From the NCBI GenBank assembly GCA_035457485.1, contig DATIBO010000006.1:178659-242658 (forward strand): a stretch of DNA of 64,000 bases, in the 5' to 3' direction. Every line of letters starts with the position of its first letter. Position 1 is the first letter of the stretch. Below the pieces are notes generated by a model. It was not told the origin of the DNA. It saw only the letters and a list, made by a program, of their open reading frames with translations, and searched no databases. This document shows, piece after piece, positions 55,316 through 64,000 of the stretch. Both the position numbers and the translations under genes were made by a program. The stretch is from Candidatus Saccharimonadales bacterium (GTDB taxonomy: Bacteria; Patescibacteriota; Saccharimonadia; Saccharimonadales; EFPC-124).

Positions 55316-55585
55316 AATGTTATGGCTTATTATCAATATTTTCCGAGATAATGTACAGCGTAAGCTGTTTGACGCATTATGGCACTGTTCAATTCTTGCT
55401 ACTTAAGACTCTATGAGGTAAGTGATTCGCATGCTCTGGTATATTTCAGACGCCACAATCAGTTCGCGTTTTATCTGGTTCCAAGTCGTCAATAGCGTCT
55501 CTACCAGAACTTATATTTATTGACTTCTGACACTGTTTGTATACACAGAGTAGGTCAAGCAGTATTGGGTGAATCTTGTTATTAT

Positions 55586-55969
55586 ATGCATATGATCAAA
55601 GTTATAGTCGCATGGCTCAGCGTATCATTGGTTGGTGTTTTGTTGGTGGTTTTGCTGCCCGATGACTTATTGGGTAACCAGATTGTCTTTAGACTAAGTA
55701 ACGAGCACGGCCCAACCTTGGCTGATAGTGTTGGCATTTTATGTATTTTAGGCGCATGGGTGTATTACTTGGCTAATCTGTGGATTCGTAGAAAAGCTCT
55801 TTTGGCTAAAAAAGCTACTTGGTGGTTGATAGGGTTTATTGTTTTGGGTGTTGTAGGATCTATAGTTGCGGCTACACAAAATGCAAATGGCTTTCTTATT
55901 GCCGTGAGTTCCATTTCACTGGTGGCGCAGATCATCCTCGGGATTTTAGCAGGGAAAGCCGATCGCTGA
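55586..55969 (+). CDS. Hypothetical 4-TM membrane protein
   Basis: The track start at 55520 is TTG; the first ATG is 55586 (MHMIKVIVAWL...). Confidence 0.4.
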   Translation: MHMIKVIVAWLSVSLVGVLLVVLLPDDLLGNQIVFRLSNEHGPTLADSVGILCILGAWVYYLANLWIRRKALLAKKATWWLIGFIVLGVVGSIVAATQNANGFLIAVSSISLVAQIILGILAGKADR

Positions 55970-56536
55970 TCCATCTAATAATAGCGAATTGTTTCTTATA
56001 AGTTTTGCAATATCTTTGTAATTATTTGTCCAAACTTCAGCATGCTCGTTTTTGTCGAGCTCTGCAAAGGTTTTGGAATCGCCCTTAAACATCATCAAAC
56101 GCTCCCAGCGAAGTTTGTCAGTGCCCTTAATTTCTTTGCCAATCACAACCGGAACTGTGTAAGAAAAGTCATGAGCCTTGCCAGATTCGTCAACGTAAGT
56201 TGCGGCAAGCTCAAAGTGTGCGTCACGGCATTTAAGCGTATCCACAATTTTAAGTAATTGCTCCACTGAGATTGTTTTGTCTGTGTAGGCCATAAACGGC
56301 CCAGGAAACCCAAGTTCGTCAATGTAAAAGCTGTGATCTTCGCGAATTACTGGTTTACCAGTGAGTTTGTGCGCTTCTACTGCCATCGCGCGGGCTATTT
56401 CTTGGCTAGTTGCCGCTTGAATCTCGGCGACATCGAGTTCAAGAGGCAAAACCTCGATGCCGTATTTTTTAAAAACCAAGTTTGCGGCATCAATTTTGCC
56501 TTGATTACTGGAAAGGAGGTAGATTTTGTTCGTCAT
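55946..56536 (-). CDS. Ham1/RdgB-family non-canonical purine NTP pyrophosphatase-like protein
   Basis: LLSSNQGKIDAA..., EIQ..., IREDHSFYIDELGFPGPF matches the ITPase family pattern. Confidence 0.65.
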   Translation of the reverse strand: MTNKIYLLSSNQGKIDAANLVFKKYGIEVLPLELDVAEIQAATSQEIARAMAVEAHKLTGKPVIREDHSFYIDELGFPGPFMAYTDKTISVEQLLKIVDTLKCRDAHFELAATYVDESGKAHDFSYTVPVVIGKEIKGTDKLRWERLMMFKGDSKTFAELDKNEHAEVWTNNYKDIAKLIRNNSLLLDGSAIGFPC

Positions 56537-56650
56537 AGTAGTATCCTTTAGGGCTGTCTCCTAAATTATCACATATGTCGTAAGATCGGCCGCACCATAT
56601 GTTGTAAATAATGACCTTGCTCTTACATGTTTCCGTGCCTACACTTAAAA

Positions 56651-57235
56651 ACAATGCAAGAACTTAACGAAAACCTAATCAAAGAAATTCATGATGTTGT
56701 ATTGGCGATTGAGCCGCACGACGAGATCGAAGCTTTGCAAAAATCCGAGAGCCTAGCCTGGATTAATTCTGGTGAAAACATTTTTCGTATTAAGAAACCA
56801 GACATTCCGCCTAAACATCTGGTTTCTTACTTTGTTTTAGTTGACCATGAGCATAAAAGTTTGTTACTTGTTGATCATATTAAGGCCCAGCTTTGGCTAC
56901 CTAGCGGTGGTCATGTCGAACTTAACGAGCATCCAAAGGTCACTGTTGAGCGTGAGGTTAAAGAAGAGCTCGGTATAAAGGCTGTGTTTTTAAAAAACTA
57001 TGATCGGCCATTTTTTATAACCGCTACTAAAACTGTTGGTTTAACGGCCGGCCACGTAGACGTGAGTTTGTGGTATTTGTTAAAAGGGAGTGTGCACGAT
57101 TTTTTAAATTTCGACAAACGTGAATTTAACGATATCGAATGGTTTAGCTTTGATGAGATCTTAAAATCGGACTTGATAATTTTTGACCCAAATATGCATA
57201 GATTTACGCAAAAGCTTATAAAACATTTGGCTTGA
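56651..57235 (+). CDS. NUDIX hydrolase
   Basis: Nudix box GGHVELNEHPKVTVEREVKEELGI. I trimmed the start to ATG 56651. Confidence 0.75.
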   Translation, partial: TMQELNENLIKEIHDVVLAIEPHDEIEALQKSESLAWINSGENIFRIKKPDIPPKHLVSYFVLVDHEHKSLLLVDHIKAQLWLPSGGHVELNEHPKVTVEREVKEELGIKAVFLKNYDRPFFITATKTVGLTAGHVDVSLWYLLKGSVHDFLNFDKREFNDIEWFSFDEILKSDLIIFDPNMHRFTQKLIKHLA

Positions 57236-57371
57236 CTTGCGATTTTAAAAAGAATAAGCTTAACTTAACGACCGCCAAAAAGCGGAGCAAAACAAAAATG
57301 GAGGGTGGTATGAAAAAAGAAATATCTGTAGTTTGTGTAAGCTCAGAATCCGTGATTAACGTTTTGGTTGC

Positions 57372-57935
57372 ATGAGCAAAATAGGCAAGCGGCTGGGACT
57401 GGTTTTAATTACAAACGTCTTAGTGCTTGTTGCGGCCGGTATGCTCGCGCCGATTTATGCGGTTTATGTGGAAAAGGTCGGCGGTGACATTTTAGATGTT
57501 GGAATTGCGGCGGCGCTTTTTGCTTTGGCGGCCGGGTTAACTTCACTGCTTGCTGGTAAGTATAGTGACAAGATTCGACACAAACAAATTTTGGTGGCAA
57601 TTTGTTATTTTTTAACTGGTGTAGGGTTTTTGGGTTATATTTTTGTGCAAAATATTTGGCAACTCTTTACTCTTCAGGCGTTTATCGGGCTGGTACAGGC
57701 GGGGTATGAGCCGGCATTTGATGGGATGTACACAAAATATTTAGGCAATGCAGAGCAAGCGAGCTCTAAATGGGGTCTATGGGAAGCGGGAAATTATTTT
57801 TCCATAGCTGGCGGTGCGTTTTTGGGTGCACTTATTGTAACTTGGTTTGGGTTTAATTGGTTGTTTGTTGGTATGGCAGCACTTTGTTTTATAAGTGCAT
57901 TAATTTTGGTTTTTAAAAAACGCAGTTTAAATTGA
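57372..57935 (+). CDS. Half-size MFS transporter (N-terminal 6-TM half only; possibly truncated)
   Basis: 187 aa. The motif-A-like GKYSDKIRHKQIL lies between TM2 and TM3. The ORF ends after about 6 TM helices. Confidence 0.5.
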   Translation: MSKIGKRLGLVLITNVLVLVAAGMLAPIYAVYVEKVGGDILDVGIAAALFALAAGLTSLLAGKYSDKIRHKQILVAICYFLTGVGFLGYIFVQNIWQLFTLQAFIGLVQAGYEPAFDGMYTKYLGNAEQASSKWGLWEAGNYFSIAGGAFLGALIVTWFGFNWLFVGMAALCFISALILVFKKRSLN

Positions 57936-58023
57936 AGTTTTATCGTTAAACTACCTAGCCCTCAAGCGCGGGTCCTCCGCGCCTGCGGCTTGTGCGGATC
58001 GCTTGACTAGGCAGTTAACGCTG

Positions 58024-59523
58024 CTAAACTTCTACATCCTCACCCAAATGCTTTTTAAGTCGTGCGCGTATTGACCCTGGTTGTCGGCCAAGTTTTTCAG
58101 AAATGCTTGCCACACTTTTTTGCTGCTCGAACATTTTAAGTAGCTTTTCGTCATCGGCTTTGGTCCATGGTTTAAAGGCATTCTCGTAAGTTTCGCGCAT
58201 TTTGGCAACTTTTTCGCCCCAGCTGACTTTGCTTTTTGTAGTTTGCTCTACCGGAGCACTTAAATCTACTGCCAGATTGGCGTGATATTCGGCGGCATCG
58301 GCCGATTTTTGTAGCAGCATCTTATCGATTTTTAGCGCCTCGGGGCTAACTTTTAAGGCCATCCGGTTAATACCTGCTAAACTTAGGGTTTCTAAGCTGC
58401 GTACGCGGCTCAAGGCGACGTAGCCCATGCCTTCAACAAATGCGCGTCGCAGATCAATTCGAGCAGCATCAAGCGTCATACCCTGGCTTTTATGGACTGT
58501 TATAGCCCAAGCTAAGCGCAGTGGTAATTGTGTAATGCTAGCACGCTTTTTGTCGCCATCGCGAAGCTCCCACGTATCTGGACTAGCGACAACAGTTTTA
58601 CCGTTTTGCAGCTTGACTATTGGGTATCCGGTTAGATCCTCAAAGCTCTCAACAACACCGATACTTCCGTTGACGTAGCGTTTATCTGGACTGTTTTTAA
58701 TAAACATTACTAGCGCGCCGACTTTTAAAATCAAGTTTTCCTGTGCAAGGCAGGATTTTTTTAAGGTGTCTACGTAGTTTGCTTTGCCAGTGATCAGCAT
58801 TGGGAATGTACGCTCCTCTGCCGGCAACATTAAAAGTGCCGCATGGTTAATGGCATCAACGTCTTCGTTGGTGGTGTGAAGTTCGGTGACTTCGGTGCCA
58901 ATTGGCGCGTCGATCCTGCCAAGTAGATTTCTGCCGTGTTTTTGCCTTAAATCGCCGGCGCGCATAGCACTTAAAATATCTAAGAGTTCGTTGTCGGTCT
59001 GGCGATGCTGCTCGCTTAAATAGCAGATTGTTGGGTTAAGGTCTTGCCATGCCTGGGAATTTACAACAAAACCACCGCGCGCGCCGCCACGATTAACTGG
59101 CGGTAGTTGAAAAAAATCACCACATAGAATTACTTGTAAGCCGCCAAATGGCTCTAAATTTTTACGAACTTTCTGCACGATCTGGTTTATTAAATCTAAT
59201 CTGAAATCGTGAAGCATCGATATTTCATCGATTATTAAAATGTCAGCCTTTTTGATTGTGTCAGCACGCGTTTTTGGTAAATGGTCAAAAAACGACTTTG
59301 GGAGCTCGTCGTGAATTCCTACTCCACTCCAGGCGTGAATTGTGCTGCCGCTCAGGTGAGTTGCAGCCAAGCCCGTTGTAGCAGTGACAGCGACGGATTT
59401 TCCGTTGGCTCTAGCACGTTTGATAAATTCATTCAACACAAAAGTCTTGCCAGAACCAGCTTGGCCGGTTAGCAAAATGTTGTGTCCTGCTAGCATAATC
59501 CCCAGAGCGATATTTTGTCGCAT
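58024..59523 (-). CDS. Pif1/RecD-like SF1 helicase with a C-terminal HTH domain
   Basis: Walker A LTGQAGSGKT, IIDEISML, VHKSQG, and a C-terminal KPWTKADDEKLLKMFEQQKSVASISEKLGRQPGSIRARL. Confidence 0.8.
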   Translation of the reverse strand: MRQNIALGIMLAGHNILLTGQAGSGKTFVLNEFIKRARANGKSVAVTATTGLAATHLSGSTIHAWSGVGIHDELPKSFFDHLPKTRADTIKKADILIIDEISMLHDFRLDLINQIVQKVRKNLEPFGGLQVILCGDFFQLPPVNRGGARGGFVVNSQAWQDLNPTICYLSEQHRQTDNELLDILSAMRAGDLRQKHGRNLLGRIDAPIGTEVTELHTTNEDVDAINHAALLMLPAEERTFPMLITGKANYVDTLKKSCLAQENLILKVGALVMFIKNSPDKRYVNGSIGVVESFEDLTGYPIVKLQNGKTVVASPDTWELRDGDKKRASITQLPLRLAWAITVHKSQGMTLDAARIDLRRAFVEGMGYVALSRVRSLETLSLAGINRMALKVSPEALKIDKMLLQKSADAAEYHANLAVDLSAPVEQTTKSKVSWGEKVAKMRETYENAFKPWTKADDEKLLKMFEQQKSVASISEKLGRQPGSIRARLKKHLGEDVEV

Positions 59524-59587
59524 AATCAGCAATATACCATGAAAAGGTGCTAAAAATAAAAGGAGCGGTGATCGCCGCCCCTTTGCT

Positions 59588-60055
59588 TTACTTGTTACTC
59601 TTTATGGCGCTTACGACTTTGCTGTCATCTTTTAGGTTTTCCCAGAACAAAACTTGTTCGCGGTTTACGTTCATTCTGTCTTCGGGGCCGTGTAACTCGC
59701 TGCCGAGTTTAGCTAAGCTTACTTGAGGTTGATCGTTTTTTGTATCGCTTGGCTGAATAGGTTGTTGGACTTGCAAATAGTAAATATCGGTAAGTTCAAC
59801 GTATTTGTCGTTAACGTTTTTAAGTTTTCCAAAATAAACCTGACCGTTTGTTAAAAATAGCGCCTGATATTTATCTTTGGCAACTGCAGCGTCTGCGCCC
59901 ATGTACTTCCAGACTCCAAATCCAACTAATGCAAGCAGAACTATTAAAACTACCGCAGAAAGAGCGATAACAACGCCAGCGTTCTTACCTCTCTGTGATT
60001 TTAAACTATTAGTTTGATGCGTGTTCGAAAAATCCATAAAAGCCCCCTTATCCAA
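59588..60055 (-). CDS. Hypothetical membrane-anchored protein
   Basis: 155 aa with one TM helix. Confidence 0.45.
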   Translation of the reverse strand: MDKGAFMDFSNTHQTNSLKSQRGKNAGVVIALSAVVLIVLLALVGFGVWKYMGADAAVAKDKYQALFLTNGQVYFGKLKNVNDKYVELTDIYYLQVQQPIQPSDTKNDQPQVSLAKLGSELHGPEDRMNVNREQVLFWENLKDDSKVVSAIKSNK

Positions 60056-60123
60056 AATGCTTAAGGTTATTGTAGCTTAATTTACATATTATATTCAAGG
60101 TTTAGCTATACAACGTTAATAAT

Positions 60124-60374
60124 TTAGGCGGTGTAAATAAAGAGTGTTGCCTGGTTTTTTGAAACTTTTATAATACCGTGCAGTGCTTTAAAATTAAAAA
60201 CTTTAACACCGGTATTTATGTTAATGTCGCCTTCGGTCAGAAGTGAAAAGAAGTTGGCGTGTTCTGGCAAAATATCAAATGGACCGAGCCGATTGTGTGC
60301 CGAAACCGAAATTGCTGGCCCATCATATAAAGTTTGAGTAGGCGATAAAACTTTTACGGCAAGTTCTGATTTCA

Positions 60375-60375
<1 letters not shown>
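60124..60375 (-). CDS. atpC: F-type ATP synthase epsilon subunit (short, beta-sandwich only)
   Basis: Position after atpD; 83 aa; L.V.V..P......G......V....G.FGIL-like pattern. Confidence 0.65.
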
Positions 60376-62514
<2,139 letters not shown>

Positions 62515-62518
<4 letters not shown>

Positions 62519-63939
62519 ACGTTTGTCTCCATTGTCGATTGACCAAGTAGTTGTTTGCAGATTGGTTCAAAATCGGCATCAGTTTTTACGTTCGGCGCAG
62601 CTTGGCGAGCTTGCAGTTTAAGTAATCCGACATTAAGTTTTAGTAGCCCCGCACTCATTAAAATAGTTTGCATTACAAGTTGCTGTTCGAGTGAACTATA
62701 GAGCTCGCTGATGGGCTGACGCAGAGCTTCTTGAATCAACGAACCAAGTTGGAGTGATTGTTTAACTTCGGGCGTGAGTTCAGATCCAAAGTGCGCAAAT
62801 TCGTACGCCTGCCGATACTCAGCTAAGCGCTTAAATAGTGCGGCAGAAAGCAATTTTTGACGCTCATTTTGTGCCCGACCACCTACGCGCGAAACCGAAA
62901 GTCCTGAGTTTATAGCCGGTTTTACGTTTTGCTTAAAAGTTTCAAGGTCAAAAATGATCTGACCGTCGGTGATTGACATAATGTTGGTAGGCAAGAGCGC
63001 TGTAATGTCGTCGTTCGGCGTAACTACAACCGGTAGGGCAGTTAGGGTTTTGCTATTGCTCGCAAGCTTGCCGGCGCGCTCGAGCAGCGTGGAGTGAGCA
63101 AAAAACATGTCCCCCGGGTAACTTTCACGGCCCGGGTTATCGCCGCACAAAAGTCCTATTTCACGATAAACTTTGGCATGCGAACTAATGTCGTCATAAA
63201 TAATTATCACGTCGCGACCGTTGTTCCATAAAAATTCGGCTATGGCACAGCCTACGTAAGGTGCAATGTAGGTTTGCGCAAGCGAGTCAAAAATATTGGC
63301 GATAATTACGATACTATGGTTGATCGCCCCGGTTTCATTTAAGTTTCGCAGTAGGTGGTCGATCTCAACTTGGCGTTTGCCTATCAAAACATGAACAACG
63401 ATATTGTTTGTTCCTTTTTGATTATTGCTAACCTGAAGCAAAAAACTGCTTTTGCCGGTTTTCGTGTCGCCTAAAATTGCAATGCGCTGGCCCATAACAA
63501 TGGGGAACAAGGAATCAACAGCGATTACCCCTGAAAAAAGCTGATCTTTTAAAAGCTCGCGCTCAATAATCCCTGGCGCTTGCCTAAAAAGTGGCCAAGT
63601 AGATTTTGTCGCAATCGAACCCTTACCATCGAGCGGTTTACCAAGCGGATTAATAACTCTTCCAATCAAGCCATCACCTACGTTAACCGAGATTTGCGCA
63701 CTATTTAAAGCAACAAAACTTCCAAGCGGTGTATCTTCGCTTTCTAGGTTTAGAACCAAAACGTATTCTTCGTGAATGCTTTTGACCATACCTAACTGGC
63801 CGGATTCAAAAACTACCTGCGAATTAATACCGATGCCGTTTAAGCCTTTGACCTTTACTAAAAATCTGTCACTGCCAATTACCTGACCAGTTGTATTGCC
63901 CTTGTCGACTAGTTTTTGAAAGAAAGCATTATCAAACAT
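62515..63939 (-). CDS. atpA: F-type ATP synthase alpha subunit
   Basis: Walker A GDTKTGKSS, YDDISSHAKVYREI, PGDMFFAHSTLLERA. Confidence 0.9.
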
Positions 63940-64000
63940 TGATCAGCTCCGCAATTCTGGACTTGTTGTCGAGCAGACTTTTTTTAAACGAAAAATCATA
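63932..64000 (-). CDS. atpH: F-type ATP synthase delta subunit, C-terminal 22 codons (partial at the right edge)
   Basis: Reverse-strand frame reads YDFSFKKSLLDNKSRIAELINV*, with its stop overlapping the atpA start (ATGTTTGA). Operon position supports the call. Confidence 0.5.
   Translation of the reverse strand, partial: YDFSFKKSLLDNKSRIAELINV

Larger units (their letters stand above)
46561..55500. mobile_element. Putative integrative island at tRNA-Met (serine recombinase + defence-like cargo); right boundary uncertain
   Basis: tRNA-adjacent recombinase. The cargo consists of orphan, helicase-nuclease and membrane genes. Backbone-type genes resume at about 55.5-55.9 kb. Confidence 0.5.

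Noticed and set aside
55474-55500. Possible attR (degenerate copy of the tRNA-Met 3' end and terminator)
   Set aside because: It rests on only three short colinear word matches (7, 5 and 8 nt), so it could be chance. I mention it under the island finding as a hint only and do not call it a feature.

Overview
The window is a gene-dense, low-to-moderate GC bacterial chromosome segment. Most genes are short, and many encode small membrane or orphan proteins. I tentatively read it as a reduced-genome Patescibacteria/CPR-type organism, possibly Saccharibacteria-like; this rests only on gene content and style, with no marker gene in the window. Backbone genes include: a cell-envelope glycan operon (sugar transferase, O-antigen-ligase-like, GtrA, LexA-type wHTH); Ku plus a split LigD (NHEJ); a Fur/AbrB/MFS cluster; CorA; DsbA-like; archaeal-type AspRS; malic enzyme; MscS; trehalase; FtsB/DivIC; a TrmH methyltransferase; a flavoprotein-disulfide-reductase/ATP-cone/CcdA operon; a P-type cation ATPase; a Pif1-like helicase; and the F1 part of the ATP synthase operon (atpH' A G D C). 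RNA genes are tRNA-Asn(GTT), three tRNA(CAT) genes and one tRNA-Asn pseudogene fragment. I saw no rRNA and no CRISPR array. Three accessory regions stand out. (1) A roughly 9 kb island lies next to tRNA-Met(CAT) at 46.5-55.5 kb. It carries a large serine recombinase whose ORF ends inside the tRNA gene, plus cargo: a polytopic membrane protein, a 1293-aa DUF4011-like/Upf1-type SF1 helicase fused to a Vsr/DUF559-like nuclease module and a WYL-like tail, a structured RNA element, a Q-rich tail-anchored protein and an orphan 312-aa protein. This is my best candidate for an undescribed defence-type system. (2) A composite integrase-less islet sits at tRNA-Asn (4.0-8.05 kb). It is bounded by 52-bp direct repeats and a 5' tRNA-Asn fragment, and carries an HNH-like cassette and an LRR protein. 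(3) A roughly 0.5 kb strongly GC-rich patch (36.85-37.33 kb) lies just downstream of the initiator tRNA. It encodes a Pro/Ala-rich membrane protein with actinobacterial-style GC3 codon usage, suggesting either horizontal acquisition or an assembly chimera. All product calls come from motif recognition by eye; no searches were run.
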